DNA of 64,000 nucleotides from Rozella allomycis CSF55 (lineage: Eukaryota), in the NCBI GenBank assembly GCA_000442015.1, contig KE561047.1, positions 1-64,000 on the forward strand, read 5' to 3'. Position 1 is the first letter of the stretch. Each line of letters begins with the position of its first letter. Made by a program: the position numbers and the translations under genes. The notes under the pieces were generated by a model. It did no database searches. It saw only the letters and a program-made list of their open reading frames with translations, and was not told where the DNA came from. Below are positions 38,791-50,555 of this stretch, in pieces.

Positions 38791-40423
38791 ATGTCAACGA
38801 CAATTGCCTCATCGAGTAGAACTACAATCGCGAATGAGAAAAAATCTGAATCGATTTCGACAAAAGAGTATTACTTGGAACAATCGTAAAATTAAGGAGC
38901 CTACTTTTTTTAGGCTTAAATCGGCAAAAGAAAGCCTAGATAGCTATCGACAACGAGTATCTGATCTGTAAAAATATAATTTAATGTGAATAGCCTACAA
39001 GAAAATGAAGAGATGAGAGAAAGGCTGAACCGCCAAGAAACAGATATTAATGATCTAGTTACAATTTTCAAACAAGAGAATGAAGAGAAAGAAATGATAA
39101 TAGAAAAATTGACTGAGAAAATAAATGATAATCTGGAAGCATATCAAGTAGAGAAGAATGAATTGTCAAGAAAATTCCAAGAAGAGATTGCAAGTACATA
39201 CATTATAGTGAAAATAACAGGTTTGAATGCTAATATATCCGAAAAAGAATCAAATATGAAATTGATTCAGCAGGAGCTTCATGTAATAAAAGATTTCAGA
39301 GTATGATACATTTGATAATAGAATCCAGAGAAAGCGACAAATGTTGCTTAAAGAACTGGATATACAAAGACAGGAGGTGCAAGATATGGATCGCAGATAT
39401 AAAGATATTTTGCAAAAGATGGAAAAGAAATTTTTGGAGGAAAAGATACGATTGCAACGGGAAGCAAATCGCAAAATATCAGAGTTAGCGGGGAAGGCGC
39501 ATAAAGAGGCCATAGCGAATTTGACTGAAACTCAAAAAAGTGTATTTAGAGAAAACGTGAGGATGGCCGAAGCCTTGAAATATCATATGCAGGAGAGGGA
39601 AGAGTTGTTGAAACAAAATAACAAATTAGTAGACGGCAACAAAGATTTGGTTGAAGAGAAGAAGCTACATGACGAAATTGTAAAACAAAAAATTGTTCAA
39701 TCGAAGGGTCAAAATCTAAAGGTAATAGCTAGTCCAAAACTTGACAAGGTAAGAATGCTATTGCAAGAAGTAAAGATTCAAGAACTTGAAGTTAAAGTTA
39801 AAGAGCTTGAATTTTCACTGAGTTTTGTTATAAGAGAATTTGAGAAAGAAAGACAAATGATATCAGAAATGGCCAGACAAGAATTGGATCAAGTGAGACG
39901 TCTTGCTGATTATTTGAAATACAAACTAAAAGAAAAAATGAGAGAAATGAAATATGTTAGAGTATATTAATTATTGTGTGTTATTCAAGGCATTAGGGGA
40001 TTACATTTACAGACAGAGATCAGATTTGGAGAGATTCTTTCTGGAAGCACTCGGACAAATCCGAAATGAAATGATAAAAGAAAAGAAGAAGAATTTAGAC
40101 TCAAAGGAATATGATTTCAGTGAAAACATTGATGTTAGCGACATGTCATTAGCCCAGAAAGAAAAGGTGATAAAGTTGCTTTTCTCTAAAATGAATGGCG
40201 CTTTGACAGATCCGCTTTACGCAAGAACAACGTAAACTATATTCTTATTAAAAATAGCCGGCCTGCATTCTCACCAATCCCTACTGCCAGTGAAGCAGCA
40301 ACATCTCGGCCAATGACTGGAAGGTCTGAATTTCAATCTGAAAACGGGTCTTTAAAAGGAGATAATAATTCCATATCTTCAAACAAGCAAGGATTAGGTT
40401 TAGCAAATCAATTAAATGAATGA
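38791..40423 (+). CDS. BBOF1: Basal body-orientation factor 1 (CCDC176)
   Basis: Coiled coil with KKFLEEKIRLQREA, VFRENVRMAEAL, RSDLERFFLEAL, DVSDMSLAQKEKVIKLLFSKMNG. Confidence 0.82.
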
Positions 40424-40444
40424 AATAGAAAAATTCTAAACGAT

Positions 40445-40960
40445 TTACTCTAATTTTTCAATAAATTGTAGTCGTTCCATTATTTTAGGTTTACTTACTT
40501 CTTCTATTTCACCAGCGATAAAGATTTCATCTAAGATTGCATACACCTATTGTTTCATTTTGTATCAAATTATTACTTTGTAAAAATTGAAAACTAAATC
40601 AAGTTCACAAACGTTTCCAAAATATGAATCAAGTATCTCAACAAAGAAATGTATTGCTTCCAAGTACCCCAATTCATTGTCATTCGCATCTACACAAAAA
40701 CAAAAGAATAATCCAGCATATCTTCTGTAAACTATCTTATAGTTTCTAAACTAAACAACAAAAGGTTTCTAAATTTACTTCTGTAAAATTAGATTGATGT
40801 TTTTGGTCTCTTGATGCAACTATTCGATGAACTTCTGCTTTGAGTTTATTCTTTTCCTCATCATCCAATGGAATATACCATTTCGATAGTCTCGTCTTTC
40901 CTTGTCGGTTCTGCACAAGGATGAATCGTATCTATTTCAAACGATCAACCTGTTTACCAT
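40445..40960 (-). CDS. APS2: AP-2 complex sigma subunit
   Basis: [20 protein letters not shown]...[11 protein letters not shown]...[13 protein letters not shown]; missing from the ORF track because the exons are small. Confidence 0.92.
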
Positions 40961-41080
40961 AGGAATTCAAAAAACTAAATTGTGAAAATTCTGCAATTGC
41001 GTTAAAAATAGTTTATTAAAAACTTTCATTTACCAATGAAATATTATTGAGACTATCATTGGGCTATCGTATTAGCTTAT

Positions 41081-41907
41081 TTATATAATTACCAATTCAA
41101 TATTATCTTCATTAGAGCGATACAAGATGGACCTTATTGCTGCTAAATGTGGGTTATCATCATGCTCATTGGCTTGAAGATAAGTCTCCACTGAAATTAA
41201 TTTGGAATAGTAAAATGTGCGATCAGTCTGTGCCTTTTCAAGGTTCATTTTTAAGTGACCAACACTGCTTCTCAATTCAGCAATTTCTTGCTCCATATCT
41301 TCTATTCTTGATGAATTATTGTTTGAAAACACATTTGAGGTGGATACTGGTAATGTCCTTGAGGGCAATTTTCTCAATGGAGCGGGTGATCCAGTCGCTA
41401 CTTTATTGATACTAGATGTGGAGCTTCTAGTGAACGACAATGACGCGTTTGCATTTGAATTGTTTCTTGCTGGTTTTGTTGTGGCCACTTTTGATTTTCT
41501 TCTACTAATTGGATCGTAATCGTTCCCGCCATAATTTTGGTCCCAGAATTTTTTAAGCCATTGAGTAAATTCCTGCATTTTATATCGTTTTATAAGTTAC
41601 AATGTTGTCTTGAAATTTAAGCTTCATAAGACCTTCAACTGGAACAACCTTTTCAATTCCATGCGCAGCAAAGGCGTTTTGCAAAACCTTAAAGTTGTTT
41701 ACATATTCATAAACTTGATTGGTGTCAAATTTAACTTTGGACATTTGAACATCGCCTGCCTAATCGTAAACAAATGTTCTCACCGTAAATGGAATCTAAG
41801 ATTTGGCAGTATGCAGCACCAGTTCCAAGCTGTTCAATCTTTGTGTAGTTTAACTGCAAAAGAGAGTTTATCCAATTCAGTAGCTCTATTCTGCTCTCAC
41901 CTGTCAT
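41081..41907 (-). CDS. BIM1: EB1/Bim1 microtubule plus-end binding protein
   Basis: ESRIELLNWIN...IEQLGTGAAYCQI, QDN.EF.QWLKKFWD, DRTFYYSKL..VE. Confidence 0.93.
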
Positions 41908-41963
41908 TTGAATATTCTGCAAGGGTTGTGAATTTCCAGGAATTGGTGTTCTTAAATTTCGAA

Positions 41964-43825
41964 ATGTTAGGAGTATCAATGATAAATGTCTTGAAGAGTG
42001 TATTTTCAATAAAGGATAGAAAAGAAAATGTAAATGAAGAAGATCTGACTCAAATTTTAACATTTTACGGTATAGTTTGTACTTTTGCAAGATAGAAAAT
42101 TTTAAAAGCGAGAGAAACTTGCCGGCGTTTAACGAATTAAGAAATATCGTTTTTAAATTTCTAAATGAAAATACGTTTACTCTGCAAGTACTTAGTGATT
42201 TATGAGAGGGATTAGAATCTAAAAGTGCTGTTCTATACTGCTCAAATTGATGATACAAATACATATTCAAAATCCTTAGCATTATCACTACTCAAGCAAG
42301 TGTATAAATTGATGTTGATTTTGTCTTAGAGTTGAAAATATCGGAACTGAAAACTTGCTGCTTATCCTATCTTGTTTGTACATGCTAGTAAAACAAGATG
42401 AAGAAGCATGCAGATTGATTCAAAAGTCCAACTATTATGAAAAATTCCGCGCAGTTTTACTGGATTGCATTAAAAGTTGTGAACCAACAGCCATGCCATG
42501 TTTAGGGTTGATATTCTTGATTGGAAGTCCAAATGAGATACCCTGTGGAAGTGTAAGCAAACATCCTGTTGAATAATAGATGAAAAAATGTTCTTCTGTA
42601 GAAAAATGTTTGAAAATGATATTTAACATCTTGAGTAGGCAAGAAGACCCAATTTTGTTGTGTTTGGCGTCAGATTTTATTTCAATGTTGTTTAATTATG
42701 ATGAAATTGTTCTAATGTTGAAAGAGTAATCGGAATATATTAATCCAAAATCAAATAGAAAAAATCTCGACAATTATATCAATTTATTGAAAGAAAGCAT
42801 AATTCAAGCAAATTCTATTGACATTGTTTTTCATGTAATTTATTAAAGAATTAAATATAAAGAATTTCAAAGTTTTGAATTTATTTATTGAAAACAATCT
42901 TGGAGAGCTAAAAGACAAAACCGAGATTGAGGATTCTATATTACATCACATGAATGGTTCANTTTCCTTCTTTCATTTATTAAAGTAAGAAATTGACTTT
43001 ATCTAAATAGGATTTTCATTTAGCTGAAAACGAAGTATTTCATCTAAATTTGAGAACCGATTTAAGCCAAATTATTACAGACGTCGAGAATTTAGATTAT
43101 TTAGAATTGCAACTAAATTATTTAAAGTTTGAAGATACACTGTTAAGCGAAATTCTTTTCTTTTTAGATAAATCAGATAAATTCTTACCAAAGAGATTGG
43201 CAGTTTTACTTCAAGATGAGTTTATTACAGACAGATGCCCTTTTGTAATTTTAAACCTTTTGAATTTCTCATGTAATGTTTTAATGAATGATAAATACTA
43301 CTCAAACGTTATTGCATTATGCAAAAGATTGATTAATTCGCCCGAGACGAAGAATTTAATACAATCGCTTCTAGTTAACTTGTTAGGTCATCATTTTGAT
43401 ATGTAATTTTTAAATAATATTTATAAAGTGTTTTCTCTGCTTTCACATCCTCTAGTCATCAAAGTGACAATCGTAATGTGGAACAAATGGAGTTTGAGAT
43501 TCACATTCAACATCAAAAGAACCGATTTGAAATAGAATTACAAGAAAAACAAAATGAAATTGATTGTTTAAAACAAAAACTTGAAAAATCGGACAAGCTG
43601 ATCAACTCTATCTTGAAAGAGAAAAGCGACAATGAGGAAAAGTTGAAGGTGCTATTTACAAATATTTTATCAATTTCAAATACCGGAATAGAAATTTTAG
43701 GACATCAAAAACCGCTGTTAAGCCAAATTGTTGAAGGAGTCCGAGAAGTGAGGTTACATAGCGAATATTCTACTCCGAATGTCAATGTTATCAAAGATGT
43801 TCTACCCTTACAAAATAAACATTAA
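41964..43825 (+). CDS. ARM-like helical protein with C-terminal coiled coil, possibly CIP2A-like
   Basis: Multi-exon; KCLKMIFNILSRQEDPILLCLASDFISMLF resembles the CIP2A N-domain segment FQLIFNIL...SVDLLMDLL. Confidence 0.4.
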
Positions 43826-45668
43826 ATACTTTTCCTGTTTTTAATCTGTACTAATTAGTAATTGGAGCGGGCGCTGGACTTTTGAAGTCTTTGACTTCAA
43901 ACCCCGTGTTCAATTCCCAATAAATGCGGGTTTTTAACTTTGAAATTTTCAGGAGGGCTTGGTTCGATCGCAAGGTGATTTCTTCCTTTACTTTAAATAA
44001 AAAATATTTAAAATATAAAAATAACTATCCAGCAAAAGCGAATGTTATAAATTGACTATTTTCTCATCTCTATTTCGATAATTGACTTATTCAGTGCAAT
44101 ACCACTTTCCAACAGGCGTTTTNAGATTTTGAGTAAATTGATATATTTTGCACGGCTGCTGTGAATATCGAAATTATCTTAATACCTGTTCCCAAAATTA
44201 ATAAAATTGGAAAAATGTAAAAAATATCAGATATATGTGATGGTTGCGGAGGAACAATATCGTGGCTGCCAAAGATGTAGAATTTATCAAAAATAAGTTC
44301 TTAGAATTTCATAAATGTCTTGTGTTAGCATTAATTTTTAACATCAAACGCATCAATGTTTGACGAGCCTCAAATGTTAATGGAACACTTCAGGTGCTGC
44401 CGCACATCTTCATTTGGCTGATCCACTCACTACATGTGCCGATGCATCGTCGGCGTTAATTACATCCCCTGCCGTTTTTTAACATATCTTCATCTGCTTT
44501 AATTTCGTCGACATCATTGACGGCATTAACCGGCCCACTGTATGATAGGGTGACAAAGTGGATTCTAAAATAGTCTCATCCAAGCTCGCTAGTTCACAAG
44601 AAAAGGAAAATACAAATTTATGAAATCAAAGTGAAGATTCTAAAGTGATTCTTCCATCCAGTGCTATAGGGCTAAACTGAAAATGAGTTCCACGAAACCG
44701 CATAAACAAGGTACATATATGTCTGCAAATACCTACCGCCGTCGTCAATAATAACATCGATACGTTCGCGGCAACTATGCTGCAATTAATAACGCATGAA
44801 AGAGCGTGAGTTACGAAACCCCTTTATAGCCTGTCACGACACACGTTTGTCAATGTACGGTAGTGGCCATGCCACAAAATTATGACAATTCCAATTATAC
44901 GATCGGAAACCTATGATTTCGAATCAATTCGTCTACATGCAGCCTTAAATATAAATTCTGTGTTTGTAACTTTCATTGCGACTGGACCCCGTGTTATCTG
45001 ATTACAACACATGCAATATTTCTGACCTCGGAACTCTGGCTGCGTATATAATGGTGCGGCGCTAACCGAAAACTTAAATAATATTACAACGCATCAAAAT
45101 GTTTACAGGAGGTTAAAACACTTTAATATTGTTTGTTAATTAGTTACAAATGCACGTGGCATGGGTTATAGGTATAAAAGGTCGATAGTACACGTTCTCC
45201 TGCGCATTGTCGCGCCTGACGCTTGATACTTTAAATTATAGCTTTGGACCTTTTGTTATTTCAAGGTCACATTCATATATGTGTTGATAATCCTAATTTG
45301 TATAACCACATACGTGTTATACACGCTTAAAAGCTAAAGAAACAATTTTTTGTCGACCATAATACACGTGTGTACGTCTTAAACTGAAGTATATCGTGTT
45401 GGGTGATACTTCCCAAGGACATTGTCACTTGCATCCTCACATGTCGACCACGATATAGCAGCCTGATGGACTGGTACTTGGTTCCCATAATAATCTCTGT
45501 TTTCATTGACTCTGCCAAATGTCCGCGCCAGTAGTCAAACGAATGCAGGCAACAGTGCAACAATTTCATGTATAGGCATTGATATGAGAACCTGTGTTGT
45601 TCACAAATTATTACAGCGATAATTCCCGATCTGAAAAAAACTAAATATATAAAATAAATTGCTTACTT

Positions 45669-46451
45669 TTATTTAAAACTTCTTCGTAATTTGAATTTCT
45701 TTATTAATACTTGAGGAACAATTTCTTCACTCTCTTGACGCTTGAGGGTTCTGGTTCTTGTGCTTGCCTTGATGTTCTCTTCATTAAGGGCACTTTTTTC
45801 TTTTCTGTCTTGGCTTTTTCTTTTTCCAACTCCTCTCGTGCTTTTTAAGACATATTTATCATTAAATCCCCTTGGTGGAGTTAACGTCACTTCCTGTTGA
45901 CTCTGATTCTTCAGCTTCAAATTTTTTCTTCATCGTCATCTTCATTTTTGTCGATGCTTGTAATGATAGGGAAAGACTTAATGCTTCCTTTATGGATAAT
46001 GGAACCGTATTAGATTTAATAAATTTTAAAATAAATATTTTTAAATCCCAAATCCATTCAACGTAGAAACAATGCAGCTTTGAGTTCTGGCTACCATATC
46101 AAGCTTCTTGACTAACTAACTGAGAATTTAATGATCGCTGCCTCCTCTAACTACAGCAGCTTCAATTTCTATTTTCAAGCCATTTTCTCCAAAAACTTCC
46201 AACACTTTCCTAACTTCATCTGCACTGTCATATTCACTATCGGGATATTCTTTTAATAGTTTGTCCCGTTTATGTTTTAGAGTAACACGATCAAACCCCG
46301 TAATTCCTATCTGTAGTCCAATAAAATACTTACCTCGTTTTTTAAGTATTCTTCAGCTTTCACATATTTTTTTCTTGGTTCGCAACCGTCAAATGTTCTG
46401 CGTGTGATGCGGCAGGTTTTGTAGCGTTTCAAGATCGACTACTTCTGTCAT
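45669..46451 (-). pseudogene. Degenerate Myb/SANT-like accessory ORF of a PIF/Harbinger element
   Basis: GITGFDRVTLKHKRDKLLKEY resembles the last helix of Myb/SANT-like domains; basic tail; stops and frameshifts; divergent from the transposase. Confidence 0.4.
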
Positions 46452-46586
46452 CGGAATTTATGACAGGGGTCAACAATGTGAAATTTTGTAAGGTATCCCG
46501 AAGCGCAAACTGGATTCTGCATATCAACATTAGAGCAAATATGTATTAAATATTGTGGTCGGAGAACCCCAATAAAAACGAGAAAA

Positions 46587-47286
46587 ATGCTTGCGAAAAC
46601 CCTCACCTTCCTAAAAATGAATCCTACATTAAGACGTTATGTATCTATTACCGGCAGATCTTCCTTGACTACCTACCATAATCAAATGAAGCATAATATT
46701 TCGTACCATGCGAATGTAGTGGACGAACTTACAGAAACATGGGTTAATCGCTTCCATGAAAGCAATAAATTGCCGTTTTACTTTCCACCAAAGGTCACCG
46801 GATCCTTAGCTGTATTTCCCATACACATTCAAAGACCAAAGATCATCAAAGAATCTATTACTCCGGCAAGTACAAGACACACCAATTGATAACGGACAAA
46901 AAAGGAAGTATTATTTGGTATTCTGGTCCACATGTTGGCAGGCGACATGATGCCATATTGTTGCGACACTTCCATCCACATTTAGATAAAAAGAAAGACG
47001 TTTTAGATGATAAAGCTTACGTAGGAGCCGAAATCCGCCATTTGGCTGTTTAGCGCCTTTTAAGAAGCCGCAAAACGGAATTCAGATTAAAGAACAAAAG
47101 GATTTTAATTTGATTCATAGACACTTTAGGATTCGTGTTGAGCATGGTATCGGATATTTGAAGAGGTTTCGTGTGTTGAGTGCCAGGTATAGTGGAAGAA
47201 TTCATAGTCAGTTTTTGCGAGATATTGTCAACGTTTGTATTCATTTGACAACCTTGCATACCAGCAGCTTGCCTCTATACAATTAA
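46587..47286 (+). mobile_element. PIF/Harbinger (DDE_Tnp_4, IS5-like) transposase pseudogene
   Basis: Read across two frameshifts: IWYSGPHVGRRHD, VLDDKAYVG, APFKKP, FNLIHRHFRIRVEHGIGYLKRFRVL. Confidence 0.8.
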
Positions 47287-47306
47287 CATAAATAAATTGA
47301 TAATTA

Positions 47307-47471
47307 AAACTTTACCGAAAATAGCGATATTAATAACATTTAGCGCGGTAAAAACGAAATACGCAATTATCGATACTACAAACTAGCCCAAAATTGTGGT
47401 ATCAATAATTGCTTATGTTAGCGCTTTTATCGCGCTAAATGACATTAATATCGCTATTTGTGGTAAAGTTT
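47307..47471. repeat. About 165-bp imperfect palindrome (MITE/foldback-like)
   Basis: aaactttaccgaaaatagcgatattaataacatttagcgcg... pairs with ...cgcgctaaatgacattaatatcgctatttgtggtaaagttt; loop about 12 nt; TA on both flanks. Confidence 0.85.
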
Positions 47472-47559
47472 ATCGTAGGAAGTACAAATCTATTCTAGTC
47501 ACAGTTACAGCATATGCGCAACTACCGCCCAAATGAGTTCCCGTTTACTAACATTGACT

Positions 47560-48113
47560 AAATTTGTTCCTCGTGCAAAGCATCATGCCACTGCTAGCGT
47601 CTACCATCGCCAAATATTTGCTGTAACGCCCCTGAAAAATGTCTATCAGTGATAACCATATCTACAGTACGTTAAATAAATTAACACCGCCGTAGTGGAA
47701 ATAGGATATTCATAATTTGAAGCCCCGCGATTGCATAACGGCAGAAATAACGGATACACACACAACAAAACGGATTAATCTGACGCACGACATTGGATGT
47801 TTGCAAAACCTTCGCATTTGTATGGGAAGATAAAACGAAACCCCCTACACCTGAAATGTTTTTTGAAATCTCTCATGATGCTTTCCCACTGTGTGTTTGT
47901 TGCTGGTACTTTTAACCAATCAACATGCGACACAGCAAGGCATTCATAAACTTTTGTATTGCGCCTAATGCCATTGTGTGGCCCATACAAAAATAATTTC
48001 GCACTAGACATTGATTTGTGACAGCAACATGATCTCAAATGAACTCCTATTACCCCGCAATCTTTCAACAAACGAACTTTCAAAATATTCTACATAACTT
48101 TGTCGGTTGTAGA
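47560..48113 (-). mobile_element. Second, highly degraded HARBI1-like transposase fragment
   Basis: WLKVPATNTQWESIMRDFKK matches the Harbinger motif (Y/L)..P.T..EW..I...F that precedes the first catalytic Asp. Confidence 0.45.
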
Positions 48114-48285
48114 TAATGCCAAGGGGTTATTCGCGAAGAAAATTTGCGTTTTGGGAGCACGAGCCACGATATGACCTTCCGTACAATGTTGCAGTCGCTA
48201 AAATTGCAAAAGCAATACTGAAAGTTAATAAAATAGCAAGAATCTTTAATATTTTTTTAATTTTAGAAATGGAGCTCAAAAAACA

Positions 48286-48359
48286 AAAAAGTCGATAATT
48301 GTAAAAAAAGTAGGAAATTTGTTTTTACGAAATTACCTACCTTTTTCTATCGACTTTTT
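48286..48359. repeat. 74-bp imperfect inverted repeat/hairpin
   Basis: aaaaagtcgata/tatcgacttttt and aaaaagtaggaaattt/aaattacctaccttttt. Confidence 0.75.
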
Positions 48360-49101
48360 AGTTGAGATTTGCTCTATGTAAAAAACGACCCTAGATAAAT
48401 TTAAAAAGTTCCATTATGGAACACAAAATTTTAGGTTCAAAACGGCAACAATGGACAAAAGAAGTAGACCTACTTCCAGTGACAATTTAAAATGAATGCT
48501 TTAAAGTTTAAACCATAGGCTCATACTATTTCTTCAATATTAAGCACAGTCCAAAATGTTTGCATTACACAGGCAGCACTATCCACTAATCACTATTCGA
48601 ATCACATATAATATTTTTTTGATTCTCATTNCGATGCTTTGCAAATTCAGGGGGACTACCGGTGGCTAGATAAACATGGGCAACGGGATCAAAACCAGCG
48701 ACCTTATATATACAGGCCACGTGTCGTTCAAGGCTAGAAGAACGACTTAATTCTTGTATTATGTAAGGTAAAGAAAGAGATGTTTAAGAAAGATAGGAAA
48801 GATAAGTACGATGAGAATGTTATATTTATTTAGATTATNGATTTGATGTGCGCTCAATAAAGAATGAAGAGATTACGTCTTTTATAGCGTATAAAGTGCC
48901 ACGACTCTTGAAAGATGGGCCTGATGTGATATTTTTCTTGTTTTCCGTTACGGACTTTACTANATGTCCTTTTGCTCGGCTACCGTGGATCAGGAAAAAC
49001 AACCATAGTTAATGTTTTGCATGACTTGTTTAATTTAATGCAATACGACAAAATGACAATAAGGACTAGAAATCCACTCCTGGGTACTGTCACTAGATAT
49101 N

Positions 49102-49990
49102 TGCAATGAAAACTTTAATTCCATGCGCTTCGATCAATATATTGGAGGTCGTATATGCCACTTGTGAACGTATTGATTATATCTTGCGATCCGTNATTCT
49201 TGATGCAATGAAAGCTTAAATTCCATGCGCTTCGATGTATTCAATATATTCGAGGTCGTATATGCCACTTGTGAACGTATTGATTATATCTTGCGATCCG
49301 TTGTGTTCAATCGCCTCCCATATAATGCAAAACTGGAAAACAATACATTCGCCAGTGTGCTAAACGCTCAAAGTGCTCGTCTCCAAAGGAAAGGGCCGGT
49401 CTACAAAACTGACATTACGATGGTCGAAAACCCGTCTTTAACATGTGCAAGGATATAAGGAGAATATGGAAGCTTACAATTTCCTGGCATTTCTATTGAG
49501 GGAGAGAGCAAGGGAAGTGGATGGACAGCAGCAGTTGAAGAAGGATTAAAATCAACGTATCGTTCAAGATATCGAAGGGTAGCATCCAANTCTTTGACTA
49601 CTAACGAAAGATTAAAGAAATTTTTTATTGTTTTAACACGTGCTGATTCTGTTAGAATGACAGATGAGGAAGAACAATTGCTAATTGAACAATTTAAGAN
49701 CCTACAAAACTGACATTACGATGGTCGAAACCCCGTCTTTAACATGTGCAAGGATATAAGGAGAATACGGAAGCTTACAATTTCCTGACATTTCTATTAA
49801 GGGAGAGAGCAAGGGAAGTGAATGGACAGCAGCAGTTGAAGAAAGATTAAAATCAACGTATCGTTCAAGATATCGAAGGGTACTGGTAGCATCCAAAATA
49901 CTTGTGGGGATGTTATTCTTAATATTTTCAAAGATGGAACATGTGTCAAGCATCAATGGCATTGTTTACTCGTCGATTGGTTGTGGAATT
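49102..49990 (+). repeat. Duplicated, n-joined fragments of an unknown degenerate ORF
   Basis: 49102-49194 approximately equals 49203-49301, and 49400-49589 approximately equals 49702-49895, with substitutions. Confidence 0.6.
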
Positions 49991-50133
49991 CTTGGCATGA
50001 TGGTAATTTTAATTCTTAAATTTTCAAAGGGCAATAAAGGGGCTGTTGGGATTAGATTGTGATTTTATCATTCCTATTTATGTTTTGTGAATTCCCATTT
50101 AGCGGCTGGAGCAGAAGTTCAGAACAGAGATCA

Positions 50134-50237
50134 TCATTCCCCCGCACCACTAAAGTCATTCCCCCGCACCACCAAAAAAATGTCATTTGCCCGCACCACC
50201 CAGTAAAACCAGGAATTTTGTCATTTGCCCGCACCCC
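50134..50237. repeat. Four copies of TCATT(C/T)(C/G)CCCGCACC, probably a DNA-transposon end with subterminal repeats
   Basis: Directly visible; inverted copies occur at 51501-51545. Confidence 0.7.
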
Positions 50238-50555
50238 TTCAGAAACTCATACAAAAGTCGCAGTTGAAAAATATGATAAATATAGCTGCTGTTGAGAATA
50301 TACATAATAATACATTTATTCATATAAATATTTAATATCTTCCTGCGTACAAATTTAGTCCTGTTTTCTGTCTTCTTTGTCATGAGAAAGTAGCCTTTTT
50401 CTTGAGTTCTTTATGGTTTAAGAACTTAAAAAGTGAAGAAACTATAAGTCCTAGAAGAACCNAATTTCCTAAACACTTTGGCATTCTGATCGTTCGCAGC
50501 ATGGCATCAGAACTTTAAAAGAAATACTGTTGAACCATTGAATGCATAAAGCCCA

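Noticed and set aside
43855-43980. tRNA-like or tRNA-Sec-like sequence (CTTCAAA loop, GTTCAATTCC and GGTTCGATC B-box-like motifs, 9-bp hairpin)
   Set aside because: No acceptor or anticodon stems can be formed, and the anticodon-to-T-loop spacing is too short; at most a decayed tRNA-derived repeat.
48720-48960. Possible solo LTR (minus-strand TATA, AATAAA, terminal CA)
   Set aside because: No second copy or target-site duplication, and the segment is broken by n-joins.
50134-50237. CRISPR-like repeat-spacer appearance
   Set aside because: Repeats are about 15 bp with irregular short spacers, the context is eukaryotic and there are no cas genes.
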